From positions 22,052 to 86,051 of IMG/VR virus record IMGVR_UViG_3300050029_000114: DNA of 64,000 nucleotides; one strand, written 5' to 3'. Under the pieces are notes generated by a model, which was given only the letters and a program-made list of their open reading frames with translations, was not told the DNA's origin and did not search any database. Position 1 is the first letter of the stretch; every line of letters starts with the position of its first letter. This DNA is from a virus. Below, piece after piece: positions 8,201 through 17,617 of the stretch. Made by a program: the position numbers and the translations under genes.

Positions 8201-9745
8201 TCACGGGACGGCGACCTGATAGAAGTCGAACGATACCGTCCTGAACTGGCTCGTGTTTTGGTCGTTCGTCGTGGTCCGCACCGTGGTTGGCTGGGCCGAC
8301 AGCCGCCCATAGAACTGCTCCATCTCGTCGTCGCCGTAAAGGGTCTGGAGGAGCAGCGTGTCCCGGGCGGCCCGCAACGCCAGCCATGCCTCCCATGCGG
8401 TGTCGTTCGGGAAGAACAACGTCACCGTGATCGTCGATGCCCGCAGCGCGCCGATATGCACGACCGGGAACTGGCGGTTGATCGGGTTGAACACCGTCAC
8501 CGCCGCGTCGCCCTTGTCGCCCATCCCCACCACCTGGCAGAGCCCGGTGTTCAACGCCGGGTTCGACACCGACTTCAGCCACGTCAATCCGTCGCTCGGC
8601 TGCGTGTACTTCGTGACCGTCGAATACGGGCCCGGCACGAGGATCGGTCCCGCCAGCGTGTCCACGACCTGGGCCCGGTACTGAGTCTGCGGCTTCGTCG
8701 CGCTACGCGGGCACTCATAGTCGTATGCGACGTTCGCCCCGCCTCCCACCAGCACGGGCGCCAGGTTCAAGCCGCGCACGAAGCGCCACGTCACCCCGCC
8801 GTCGTCGGACCGCTGGACCGTGTAGTTCGTCGGTACGTCGCCGCCGGTCGGTGTGACCGTGAGCCTTGTCCTCCCGTTAGCAAGGTCGGCACCAACCGCC
8901 AGGAGGGGCGCTGGCGGTGCCGCCAGCGAGATCGTGTACTGCGAATGGGCCCAACTGCCTGTCAAGCCGGACAGGGCCGAAGTCGCCCTCGTGTAGACCC
9001 GCCACACGCCGTTCATCTGGAGAACTGTCGGCGTGTATGTCGTCACCCCGGCACCTACCGTGACCCGCTCGGTCGCCGGGGAACTAGCCGCGTCGAACCC
9101 GGGGGCCTGGTACTGCGCCTGCGTGAAGAACGCCACTTGCGCTGAAGCTTCGCTCCCGCCTTCCGGATCACTGTACGTCCAGGCGGCCTGCGGGACCGCT
9201 GTCGTCGTGACCGTCCCGGTCGGCGCCGTCGGGGTCGCTGTCGGCGGCAGGTAGTAGGTGACAATGATCGAGACTTTGTAGATCGAGACGCCCGCCTCGA
9301 CGTTCTGGAACACGAGGGCTAGCTGGTTTAGCTGGGCCGGTGACAATGCCCCCGAATACGTGAACCCGTATGGGCCGCCCACCCCGGAGCCCGGTGAGGC
9401 GGCGTGAACGATGTTGTTGTTCGTCACTGTCGCCAGCACGGTCGAAGTCGTCGTGTCGATTAGCTGGACCGTCTCGAAGTTGCGGCCGAGCGTGTTCGGG
9501 TCGGTCCCGGTCGCCCGATATTGGATGGTCAGATATTGGAGCGTGGCATTGGCTGGCAGCGCATACGGCCCGAACCCAATCTCGAAGTTGACAGCGGTGT
9601 TGCTCGACGGATTCGTGACATAGCTGTTGTCGTTGTTGTCAGCAAGGATCGCGTCGATCGTGTTCGACGGCGCCGAGCCCTGCGTCAACGTCCACGCCCC
9701 GCCGTTCCCGATAGTCGAAGTCGGGTTAAGGGTATGCGTCGTCAC
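8201..9745 (-). CDS. minor tail protein (distal-tail-like with beta-sandwich domains)
   Basis: follows tape measure; YTVQRSDDGGVTW, YDYECP, TWLKSVSNPALN. Confidence 0.7.
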   Translation of the reverse strand: MTTHTLNPTSTIGNGGAWTLTQGSAPSNTIDAILADNNDNSYVTNPSSNTAVNFEIGFGPYALPANATLQYLTIQYRATGTDPNTLGRNFETVQLIDTTTSTVLATVTNNNIVHAASPGSGVGGPYGFTYSGALSPAQLNQLALVFQNVEAGVSIYKVSIIVTYYLPPTATPTAPTGTVTTTAVPQAAWTYSDPEGGSEASAQVAFFTQAQYQAPGFDAASSPATERVTVGAGVTTYTPTVLQMNGVWRVYTRATSALSGLTGSWAHSQYTISLAAPPAPLLAVGADLANGRTRLTVTPTGGDVPTNYTVQRSDDGGVTWRFVRGLNLAPVLVGGGANVAYDYECPRSATKPQTQYRAQVVDTLAGPILVPGPYSTVTKYTQPSDGLTWLKSVSNPALNTGLCQVVGMGDKGDAAVTVFNPINRQFPVVHIGALRASTITVTLFFPNDTAWEAWLALRAARDTLLLQTLYGDDEMEQFYGRLSAQPTTVRTTTNDQNTSQFRTVSFDFYQVAVP

Positions 9746-12030
9746 GACCCGACTCCCGCCTGCGCCATCCCCAACACCCGCTGCAAGGTGGCCGCTATCT
9801 CGTGTTCGGCGATGCTCTTGAACGCCGCCATCACGTCGTCAGCGTTGGTGCCCGGCCCGAAGCTCGCCGATATCTCGATCGTCCCGATCAGCGGCCCCCC
9901 GCCTGGCCCGCTCGGGCTGCCCGATCGGGTCTGCTGGGCGTTCTGCTGCATCTGACGGGACACGACGAACTCTCCGCCGTGACCGACCATCAGGATTGGT
10001 TCGTCAGGCCGCCCCGGTATCCACCCGCCCTCCTGGGCATGGAACAAGCCCCCGACCTTACCGATGGCGCCGGTCACCCCGCCGATCACCCCGGCGATGC
10101 CGCTGACCGCTCCGCTGATCTTCGACGCTATCCCCTGGATGATGCTCCACGCCGTCTGGATCACCTTGGTCACGCCCGCCCATGCGTCGTTCCACGCCGT
10201 CTTGAACGTGTTGATCGCCACGGTTATGAGCCCGAGGCCGAGGTTAACGATGAAGTTGAATACCGTCTGCATCTGGCTCCATGCCGTCTGGACTACCGCC
10301 GACACCCCGGCCCATACGGCATTCCAAACGGTTTGAAGGAGGAGAATATTTAGGCGAATCGGCAGTAACCCGATGTCGACTAGCGTGCGGAATATCTGGA
10401 TAACCACCGAAACTACAGCCTCTGTGATCGCCTTGATCGCGCCCCAAATAGCCGTCCAGTGATCCTTCACCAGCATAATCGCGGCCACGAACGGCAGGAA
10501 TATCTCGATTATCAACATGATGTGCTGGCGCACAAAGTCGGCGGCCGCGCTGGCTATCGATTTGATGAATCCCCAAACGGTGTCCCAATTTCTGTACAGC
10601 AGGTAGGCCGCAGCGATCACGACGGCGATCACGGCTATGACCGGCAGGAACGGCAGAAGCATGGCGGCCCCGGCGGCGATCGAAGCGGCAGCGGTGGCGG
10701 CCATGCTCGCTACCCAAGCGACGGCCCCGGCTATCGCCGCTGCGGCGGTCGTAGCCCATCCCGCTACGGCAGAGGCTGCCTGCGTCGCCATTGTCGCTAC
10801 CCAATCCGCGGCGTACATAGCCATCAATGCGATCGTTTCGCTCAGGCTGGCCGTCGCCTCGACGGCCCATGTTGTCGCCGCCGCAGCCGCTCGGGCTGCC
10901 ACTAGCAGGAATCCGGCCCCGGCCTCTGTCTCGGTGACCGTAGCGATGGCTAGCTCGGCGATGTAAACGCCGATGGCGGTTACAAGGACCCCGCCGATTA
11001 CCGCTCCCAAGGCTATTGCCGCTGTCTTGTGCCGCTCCAAAAACTGCACGCCGCTTAGGAGGATTGACGCCAATAGTTCGAGCTTCGGGATCAGCCAGAG
11101 TCCGACCTTCACGCCCAAGTCTTGGAAGGTCGCCTCCAGAACCTTCACCTTGCCACCGAACGTCTCGGCTTGCGCCTGGGCGCTCCCGGCGAACCGGGTC
11201 CCCAGCGCGGTTACAGCGAGCGCGCCCGCGTTCCCGGCGGCGGCCAGCTTCGTTGTCGCCGCTGCGACGGCCTCGTGTGCCTTCGTCACCCCGGCAGCGG
11301 CCGTGGTAACGGCCTTGTGCGCGTTGAGCAAAGCGGTCGCCGCCGCCGCCCCTTTCAGATGCCCGGACGTGACCTGCCCCTCGACGATCGTCAACTTGGC
11401 CTGGGCTGCCGTCAGTTTGTCGGATGCCGGGGCCACCGCAGCCTCGGCCTTGGCGAGCGTGTCGTGCGCCTTCGCCGCGGCGGTCACCCCGCCGTTCGCT
11501 ATCCCAAGGTCAATGCCGTACCGCTTCAAGATGCCAGTGTTCCCCTCGGCCACCTTCCCGACGAGGGTCGCCGCCGTCTCCAAGTCGATATGCCGGGCAG
11601 CAGCCACGTTCACGGCGACAGCCAAGTCCTTCAACGCCAACGTCGGATTGTTTGTGGCCTGGGTCAACCGGGCGAGAGCGGCCTCGGTTTGGGCATTCGT
11701 GTACCCGTAATGCTCGTTCGTCGAATCGGCCGCCTTGATCTGCCCGGCGAACTTGTCGATGCTGCCCCCGGCCGCGGTGATGGCCGTTTCAAGTCGGGCG
11801 TGCGCTGCCTCCCACTGGTCGGCCATTTTGATGGCGAACGCCCCGCCGACCACGGCCACCACGCCGAGCCCGAGAATGGCTTTCTGGCCGACCTGGGCGA
11901 ACTTGCCGAACGTCGATTCGCTTTTCGCCTCGGCCTCGCTCGCGGCGGCCTGGACCTCTTTGTTGAGTGCGCTGGAGAACCCGCCAGTTACTGGCAAGAC
12001 CTCAATGAACGCGGTGCCCACGACCCCCAT
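9742..12030 (-). CDS. tape measure protein
   Basis: 762 aa, Ala-rich helical; AAYLLYRNWDTVW and periodic Trp repeats; GHGGEFVV C-terminus; follows chaperone. Confidence 0.9.
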   Translation of the reverse strand: MGVVGTAFIEVLPVTGGFSSALNKEVQAAASEAEAKSESTFGKFAQVGQKAILGLGVVAVVGGAFAIKMADQWEAAHARLETAITAAGGSIDKFAGQIKAADSTNEHYGYTNAQTEAALARLTQATNNPTLALKDLAVAVNVAAARHIDLETAATLVGKVAEGNTGILKRYGIDLGIANGGVTAAAKAHDTLAKAEAAVAPASDKLTAAQAKLTIVEGQVTSGHLKGAAAATALLNAHKAVTTAAAGVTKAHEAVAAATTKLAAAGNAGALAVTALGTRFAGSAQAQAETFGGKVKVLEATFQDLGVKVGLWLIPKLELLASILLSGVQFLERHKTAAIALGAVIGGVLVTAIGVYIAELAIATVTETEAGAGFLLVAARAAAAATTWAVEATASLSETIALMAMYAADWVATMATQAASAVAGWATTAAAAIAGAVAWVASMAATAAASIAAGAAMLLPFLPVIAVIAVVIAAAYLLYRNWDTVWGFIKSIASAAADFVRQHIMLIIEIFLPFVAAIMLVKDHWTAIWGAIKAITEAVVSVVIQIFRTLVDIGLLPIRLNILLLQTVWNAVWAGVSAVVQTAWSQMQTVFNFIVNLGLGLITVAINTFKTAWNDAWAGVTKVIQTAWSIIQGIASKISGAVSGIAGVIGGVTGAIGKVGGLFHAQEGGWIPGRPDEPILMVGHGGEFVVSRQMQQNAQQTRSGSPSGPGGGPLIGTIEISASFGPGTNADDVMAAFKSIAEHEIAATLQRVLGMAQAGVGS

Positions 12031-12032
12031 CG

Positions 12033-12682
12033 TCAGCCTCCGCCTATCAGGCCCATCATCGCGGCCTGCCCGGCCTGGGCGGCCTCGCTCTCACCCCACG
12101 CCTCGCGGGTCGGGTCGTCCGCGCCGTCAAGCCACTTATCGAACTCAGCTTTCTCCTTCGCATCGAGGTTCCGGGTGAACATGACGTACAGGACGCTCAG
12201 TAGTCGCGGCAGCCTTAGCCGCGTGAGGTCGACGCCTTCGAGGAGCGCGTTGCCGTCGATCGTCTCCCATTGCCAGGCAGCGAGCCAGAGGAGCGTCGCT
12301 GCTCTCGTGTAGGGCGGCCCGTGTATACCTCCATCAGTTCGTTGAACGCGTCCCCGAATGTCTCGCTTGGAATCATGATGTCGTGTCGCTCATAGATAGC
12401 GTCGTGGAGCACCGCATACTCGTCCTCGGGCAAAACGCGCCGGTAAAACTCCATGATCCCGTTGATATCAACGATCTGCCGTCCGCGCTGGTCGTAGCGG
12501 ACGAGTCGCCCGATAGTCATGTCGAGGCCGACGCCCGGATCGCCCATTGCCGTGAACTGGAGAATTTCGTGTTCGCCGGGGATGATCCGTTGGTTGCTAT
12601 CGACCTTGTTGAACTTCAAGCCGAATGTGACCGGTTCTCGTTCGGGCTCCGTTGAGGCCTCGAAGATTCCTAGGTCGGGCAT
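12033..12682 (-). CDS. tail assembly chaperone, long form via -1 frameshift near 12309-12316
   Basis: -1 frame after GGC CGC CCT AC reads YTRAATLLWLAAWQWETIDGNALLEGVDLTRL...GLIGGG* and fills the gap to the tape measure. Confidence 0.7.
12215..12682 (-). CDS. tail assembly chaperone, short form
   Basis: position before tape measure; ...ELMEVYTGRPT followed by Ser/Arg-rich low-complexity tail. Confidence 0.75.
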   Translation of the reverse strand: MPDLGIFEASTEPEREPVTFGLKFNKVDSNQRIIPGEHEILQFTAMGDPGVGLDMTIGRLVRYDQRGRQIVDINGIMEFYRRVLPEDEYAVLHDAIYERHDIMIPSETFGDAFNELMEVYTGRPTREQRRSSGSLPGNGRRSTATRSSKASTSRG

Positions 12683-12698
12683 GGGTTCTCCTTCGTTG

Positions 12699-13088
12699 TT
12701 AGAAGCTGTTGACTTCGGCTAGGGCCTCGGCGAGTTTCTTCTCCAAGTAGGGTCGGAACTCGCTGCCCGGGTGGTTGACGTGACGCAAGAACATGAGTTG
12801 GCCGCCCATCTTCTTCCAGTTGAACACGAGCAGCGGGTTCCCGTCGATGGGGTGGGGGGCGGTCTTGGTCTTGTCGGTCCCGACCATGATGTGCGGGCCG
12901 TCGGACTGCATCGACATGCGCTTCACGATGGTCGGGCCAAGGAACTCTCGTGCGAACTTGGGGCTCAGCAGCGATATCGTTTTCAGCTTGATCCGCTCGC
13001 CCAACACCAGCATGTGGCGGGCGAGCGGACCGTCCGTCTCTCGGAAGAATGCCGCCACGGCGGCGCGGTCGATATCTACTTTCGCCAT
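12699..13088 (-). CDS. HK97 gp10-like tail completion protein
   Basis: HPIDGNPLLVF...FLRHVNHPGS..RPYL..ALAE; position. Confidence 0.65.
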   Translation of the reverse strand: MAKVDIDRAAVAAFFRETDGPLARHMLVLGERIKLKTISLLSPKFAREFLGPTIVKRMSMQSDGPHIMVGTDKTKTAPHPIDGNPLLVFNWKKMGGQLMFLRHVNHPGSEFRPYLEKKLAEALAEVNSF

Positions 13089-13588
13089 CAGGTCAGGTCG
13101 ATCGTGACGATCATGGTCATGCCGCCTATCTCCCCGGCGGCCGGGGTCGGGGTGACCGGGCCCAGCGACACGCCTTTCGGGTCGCCGAACGCTCGTGCGT
13201 TGGCGGCGGTCATCAGGCCCCGGTGCATCAGGAACGCATCCGTCATCAGGTCGATGCCGCTCGCCTGAATGTCGGCGGCGCTCGGCGCCATCGTGCCCTG
13301 CCCGACGCCCTCCAAACTCGGGATCAGCCGGTTGATCTGCACCGTGAACGTCGCCACCCGCGTCGACGACGGCCGGATGAACTGCGGCGTGGCGGCCTGG
13401 CCGGGCGTGCCAGTGAAGATCGAGTCGAACGCCACCACCAACTGCTCGCAGTCCTCCGCGATCGTCGTCCCGGTCGCGAACTGGCGGTCCGGCAACGGTA
13501 CCGGCGGGCTCGCCGTAGCGAACGCGTTCTGGACTGCCGCCAGCAACGCTAGGGCGAGGTCGGCGGCGTTCGTGTTCCCGGTGCTCAC
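13088..13588 (-). CDS. tail terminator / head-tail joining protein
   Basis: IAEDCEQLVVAF...VQINR...MTDA; position in tail completion cluster. Confidence 0.6.
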   Translation of the reverse strand: MSTGNTNAADLALALLAAVQNAFATASPPVPLPDRQFATGTTIAEDCEQLVVAFDSIFTGTPGQAATPQFIRPSSTRVATFTVQINRLIPSLEGVGQGTMAPSAADIQASGIDLMTDAFLMHRGLMTAANARAFGDPKGVSLGPVTPTPAAGEIGGMTMIVTIDLT

Positions 13589-14022
13589 TCGGGGGCTCCT
13601 AGCGGTACGCCCTTCAGGCGTTCAAGCTGGGTTATCAACCGGGTGCGCGGCAGGTCGCGGCGGCGCTCGGCAATCAGAGCCACGGATGCGGCGGCCTTGA
13701 CGGCCGGGTGGCCCTGCACCCAGGCGATCACGACGTTCGCCGCGCCGGTCGGCGCGATCAGCATGGACGGTCCGTACCGTTTCATCTGCTGGTCGGGGGC
13801 GACGGCGATCTTCGCTGCCATCGCCGTCCGGCTTCTCGGCCCGGATTCCTCCCACAACCGCCGCAGGATGGTCGTCTCCAACTCGCTGACTCCCAGCCGC
13901 TCCAGTCTGGCGGTCGGGAACGTCGCATCCGACCTCGGCGGGGCCGGCTGGCCGCGCCTGTCGCCGACCTTCCGCCGGGGCGGGTAGTTCGGATGCGGGA
14001 ACCCGGCGTACGGGTCAGGCAT
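13585..14022 (-). CDS. hypothetical protein
   Basis: 145-aa ORF coupled to neighbours; C-terminal ALIAERRRDLPRTRLITQL. Confidence 0.6.
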   Translation of the reverse strand: MPDPYAGFPHPNYPPRRKVGDRRGQPAPPRSDATFPTARLERLGVSELETTILRRLWEESGPRSRTAMAAKIAVAPDQQMKRYGPSMLIAPTGAANVVIAWVQGHPAVKAAASVALIAERRRDLPRTRLITQLERLKGVPLGAPE

Positions 14023-14551
14023 TGGCTGGGACTCTGCTCGTGATGAATCCTCGGCGGCGGGCCTCCCGCACCCAGGCGCGGGCCCGGTCGACGGTCACGC
14101 CGTTCGCCTCCGCCAGCTTCACGGTCGGGGCCGCCGACTGTGTAGCCGCCAGCCCATAGGCGTCCGCCACGGAACGGTAGAACTCGTCGTCACGCATGGC
14201 CCCGTCACCGGCCACGAGGGCGGCGAGGGTGTCGGCCTGTTCCTCGGCTCCGTCCCGCTCGCCCCACTCGGAGCGTGTCGCGGCCTCGGCTCGTTCCTGG
14301 CTGTCGGTTGCGTCGTGATGGTGCGTGGCAAGCTCAGCAAGAAGCTCGGATCGGCCGGGCCCGTTAGCCCAAGCGATCAGCCGTCCCGTCGGCACCCCGC
14401 GCACGACTGGCGATCCGATCCCGGCGCGCCGGGCGAGCAGCAGTTCGACGATGACGAGGCGCCCGTCGACCTGGCGGAAGCGGGCTCGGGCCTCGGTGCC
14501 GTCGTCGAGGGTCGCCCGGCACCATCCTGCCCGGGTCGCTATCACGTTCAC
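14015..14551 (-). CDS. C-terminal HTH protein (DUF6214-like)
   Basis: DDEFYRSVADAY...LAEANGVTVDRARAWVREARRRGF; TAGTGT 6 nt before GTG. Confidence 0.6.
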   Translation of the reverse strand: MNVIATRAGWCRATLDDGTEARARFRQVDGRLVIVELLLARRAGIGSPVVRGVPTGRLIAWANGPGRSELLAELATHHHDATDSQERAEAATRSEWGERDGAEEQADTLAALVAGDGAMRDDEFYRSVADAYGLAATQSAAPTVKLAEANGVTVDRARAWVREARRRGFITSRVPANA

Positions 14552-14606
14552 CAGGCCACACTACATGAGCATCCGCCGACTTGGCCGGATGGTTAGTAGA
14601 TTGGGA

Positions 14607-15755
14607 TCAGGTGCCCTTGTAGTTGAGAACCTGATGCAACGTGTGCTCGATCGCGACGAGGTCCGCTTGGTCGGCCATCACCTGGTCGATCGACTTGTAT
14701 GAATCGGGGTGTTCGTCGAGCAGCGCCTTCGCGTCTCCGTCATTCCACGCCCGGCCCTTCATCGCTGTCTCTAACGATTCGACGGTCAACGTCTTACGGG
14801 CCGCCGATCGGGACATGCGCCGTCCCGCACCATGTGAGCACGACTCGTAGCTGGCCGGATTCCCGAGCCCGCGGACAATGTAGCTCGACGTGCCCATCGA
14901 ACCGGGGATCACGCCCTCGTCGCCGGTCCCGGCTTTGATCGCCCCTTTGCGGGTCAGCCACACGTTCCGGCCGTGGTGGTTCTCCATCTGCGTGAAGTTG
15001 TGATGGCAGTTGATGCGGCGTACCTCGTTGCCGACGCCGTGCTCCCGGTCAACGCCAACGAATCCCCATAGCTGGGTGAGAACGGCATCCATCATCGCGG
15101 CGCGGTTCCCTAGCGCGTACCGCTGCGCCCATTGCATGTCGCTGATGTAGGCGTCGAACTCGTGGGTTCCCTGGACGAGATAGGCAAGGTCGGGGTCGTC
15201 TAGCTCGATGAACCATTGGCGCATGAGCCGCTTCGCCCCGTCGATGTGCTTCTTGGCTAGCTGGTTGCCGATCCCTCTGCTACCGGAGTGGAGAACGACC
15301 CACACCCGGTCGCGTTCGTCGAGGCAGACCTCGACGAAATGGTTGCCGCTGCCCAAGCTGCCATATTGGTTGGCGGCGGTCGCTGCCTCTTTCTGGCTGA
15401 AGTGCGCTGGTATCTCGACCCCGCGCGCTGATGCGTGGCCCTTGCCTACCCCGGCCGGTACAACCTCGGCGATCCACCCGTGGAGCGGGTCAAGGTTGTC
15501 GGGCAGGCCGTCGGCGACTAGGTCCGTCTCGACGGCGATCATGCCGCAGCCGATATCGACACCGACCGCTGCTGGGACGATCGCTCCTCGTGTCGGGATG
15601 ACCGATCCGATGGTAGCTCCGATACCGATATGGGCGTCGGGCATGAGGGCAAGATGCCCGTCAATGAATGGCAGTCGGCTGGCTTTGGCTGCCTGCTCGA
15701 TCGTGGCGGCCTCGATGTCCGAGCCCCACGCCAGCACGTTACCGATCTTCTGCAC
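14607..15755 (-). CDS. rtcB: RtcB-family RNA ligase
   Basis: MPDAHIG.GATIG, VGVDIGCG, GSLGSGNHFVE, LHSGSRGIG, CHHN, RKGA, IPGSMG, SCSHGAGR, DEHPDSYK; GAAAGGG RBS then GTG at 15755. Confidence 0.97.
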   Translation of the reverse strand: MQKIGNVLAWGSDIEAATIEQAAKASRLPFIDGHLALMPDAHIGIGATIGSVIPTRGAIVPAAVGVDIGCGMIAVETDLVADGLPDNLDPLHGWIAEVVPAGVGKGHASARGVEIPAHFSQKEAATAANQYGSLGSGNHFVEVCLDERDRVWVVLHSGSRGIGNQLAKKHIDGAKRLMRQWFIELDDPDLAYLVQGTHEFDAYISDMQWAQRYALGNRAAMMDAVLTQLWGFVGVDREHGVGNEVRRINCHHNFTQMENHHGRNVWLTRKGAIKAGTGDEGVIPGSMGTSSYIVRGLGNPASYESCSHGAGRRMSRSAARKTLTVESLETAMKGRAWNDGDAKALLDEHPDSYKSIDQVMADQADLVAIEHTLHQVLNYKGT

Positions 15756-15777
15756 CGTCGCTGCCCTTTCTCTCGAT

Positions 15778-15920
15778 TGGCGGGAGCTAGGAGTAGGCGT
15801 GTAGAGACGCCTCGTTCTTAGGCCACGGTCTAGTTGTCGAACACAAACCCGACAGCTACGACTCGCCCGCTCGGTATGCAACCTCCTACTAGGTACCGGA
15901 CTGTGGCCTCCTAGCTCCAC
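15778..15920 (-). ncRNA. structured tRNA-like/Y-like RNA heading the rtcB transcript
   Basis: starts 7 nt after -10 TATAGT; 11-bp closing stem 15908-15918/15783-15793 followed by CGCCA; four internal helices. Confidence 0.6.
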
Positions 15921-15927
15921 GCGCCGA

Positions 15928-15942
15928 ACTATAGCGCGCTAG
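15928..15942 (-). promoter_or_regulatory. TAGCGCGCTA palindrome box with -10 TATAGT
   Basis: - strand ctagcgcgcTATAGT directly upstream of the structured RNA and rtcB. Confidence 0.75.
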
Positions 15943-16943
15943 GGGCCGACGTGCGCCCTGATCGCCTCTGCGGCCCTCTGTGCCGCTTGCCCGTCCGTTG
16001 CGACGTAAACGGTGCGGACCATCTCCTCGCGGGCTGTGCGGACCTCTGGCGGATCGCTGAGGGCAATCTCGACGGCCCGGACTAGGTGCTCAGGGTCGGA
16101 TGCCCCGACCTGGCCGCGCGGCCAGTCCCAAAACCGGCCGCCATGCTGCACGTCCCGCCGGTACCACGGGGCGTTCAACCACACGAGCGGGATGCCCAAG
16201 CTCGCCGCCTCCGGCAGAAGACTCGTGTTGTCGCCCACCAACACCGAGGCCCGGGCGAACACGTCGTCCACGTCGGGAACTGTCTCGACGCCGATCGCCT
16301 GCCACCGCTGCTCGATCTTCCGCCATAGGCGCGGGTGGCCGTGCCCGATCACCTTGAACCGGTCCGCCAACGCCGGGAGGGCGTCGTCGTAGTGGCGCCA
16401 CGCCCCGATCGTCTCCGGTATCTTCCTCGCCCCGAACCCGTGGAACGTGACCGCCACCGTCGGCACTACCTCGCCCAACCCTGACGGCTTCAGCTTCCCG
16501 TCGTGCCAGCGGTCCAGGCGCGGGCAGCCGACCGCCACCGCCGGGGTTTCCGGGTACTCGTCCCGCCACCGGTCGGCGACCGCCTCCGATGGGCACAAGA
16601 AGAGGGCGGTCCCGTCGTGGCCTCCGCTGCCGCTGTAGCTCGTGTCGCCCGCGGTGTTCGGGTCGCCGTCGTAGCTCTGCCCGGCGCCGTGCTCGACGTA
16701 GACGGTGCGCCGCCCGGCTCGCTCGACGGTCGTCTGATCCATGATCCCCGCTACGATCACCGCTGGGCCTAGCCCGTGGGGCGCGCCCCACTCGACCCGG
16801 TCCTGCACCCATTCGGGCGGCTCGACACTGGCGAACTGGCCCGCCAGGTAGATCGTGCCCCGCTCCCCCATATCCAGGGCCCTCCAGATCGGCTCGATAT
16901 GGGCCAGGTAGTGGGTCATCGTGGCGTACACGTCGACTGTCAT
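15939..16943 (-). CDS. GT-B fold transferase (CDP-glycerol glycerophosphotransferase/glycosyltransferase-like)
   Basis: VYVEHGAG, VGCPRLD, GHPRL, VLVGDNTSLLPEAASLGIPLVWLN. Confidence 0.7.
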   Translation of the reverse strand: MTVDVYATMTHYLAHIEPIWRALDMGERGTIYLAGQFASVEPPEWVQDRVEWGAPHGLGPAVIVAGIMDQTTVERAGRRTVYVEHGAGQSYDGDPNTAGDTSYSGSGGHDGTALFLCPSEAVADRWRDEYPETPAVAVGCPRLDRWHDGKLKPSGLGEVVPTVAVTFHGFGARKIPETIGAWRHYDDALPALADRFKVIGHGHPRLWRKIEQRWQAIGVETVPDVDDVFARASVLVGDNTSLLPEAASLGIPLVWLNAPWYRRDVQHGGRFWDWPRGQVGASDPEHLVRAVEIALSDPPEVRTAREEMVRTVYVATDGQAAQRAAEAIRAHVGP

Positions 16944-16952
16944 CGCCCTCGG

Positions 16953-16967
16953 ACTCTAGCGCGCTAG
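16953..16967 (-). promoter_or_regulatory. CTAGCGCGCTAG palindrome box with -10 TAGAGT
   Basis: 9 nt upstream of ATG 16943. Confidence 0.7.
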
Positions 16968-17075
16968 GGGCCTCGTGGGTTCGTGGCGGGGACAGTAGAA
17001 CGGGCCGTTGATATGCCCGCAAGCCTGGCTGCAAACGCAGCAATGGCCCGGTCCCAATCGGATCGGGCTATCCAT
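16956..17075 (-). CDS. 39-aa Cys/His-rich microprotein
   Basis: MDSPIRLGPGHCCVCSQACGHINGPFYCPRHEPTRPLAR*; fills the intergenic gap; below the ORF-track cutoff. Confidence 0.45.
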   Translation of the reverse strand: MDSPIRLGPGHCCVCSQACGHINGPFYCPRHEPTRPLAR

Positions 17076-17475
17076 TCGGATGGGCCTTGCCGGATGCCGG
17101 GTCGTTCCATCTCAGGTCGTCGTCCCTACCCATCCCGCACTCGCTGCACTTGCCGTGGCCGTACTCGCCTTCGGCCACGTCTGACAACCTGAACGGATGG
17201 CCGTCGCCCGGCCAGCCGTCCTCGCTCGGGCTGATGTCGATGAACACTTCCGGTTGCTTCCCGGTCGCCCGCGCTGTCCGCATGAACTCGTCCCACTGCT
17301 CAGCGGCGGCCAGGTTGTTCACCGTCATGCTCAACTGGCCAATGGGGGTCGCCTTCGCCCAGCTTGCGTTGCGGTCGCCGCGGGCTACCGCCGATAGGTT
17401 GATCTGGATGCCTGCATCCTTGCCGGGCAGCAAGGTTAGGCCGGTCAGGTAGAACTTGGCTCGGGTGGTACGCAT
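17068..17475 (-). CDS. hypothetical phage protein with C-terminal Zn-binding motif
   Basis: TRAKFY...NASWAKATPIGQLSMTVNN; H...CSECG...H; GAGGAG RBS. Confidence 0.7.
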   Translation of the reverse strand: MRTTRAKFYLTGLTLLPGKDAGIQINLSAVARGDRNASWAKATPIGQLSMTVNNLAAAEQWDEFMRTARATGKQPEVFIDISPSEDGWPGDGHPFRLSDVAEGEYGHGKCSECGMGRDDDLRWNDPASGKAHPNG

Positions 17476-17544
17476 CGTGGCTCCTCGCGCTGATAGGGCG
17501 GAACTAGCGACGATGCGAGGGGCGCTCGGCCAACTCGACGTTCG

Positions 17545-17617
17545 AGGCGGAGACGGGACTCGAACCCGTGTCCTCTGGCTTATGAGGCCAACGCGCTACC
17601 GACTGCGCCACTCCGCT
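17545..17617 (-). tRNA. tRNA-Met(CAT) with initiator-like 1:72 mismatch
   Basis: cloverleaf AGCGGAG-TG-GCGC-AGTCGGTA-GCGC-G-TTGGC-CTCATAA-GCCAG-AGGAC-ACGGG-TTCGAGT-CCCGT-CTCCGCC-T; no encoded CCA; -10 TACACT 6 nt upstream. Confidence 0.9.

Noticed and set aside
15756-15920. 55-aa N-terminal extension of RtcB as in the ORF track
   Set aside because: Non-protein-like sequence; a good RBS and GTG at 15755 fit RtcB length, and the region folds as RNA.
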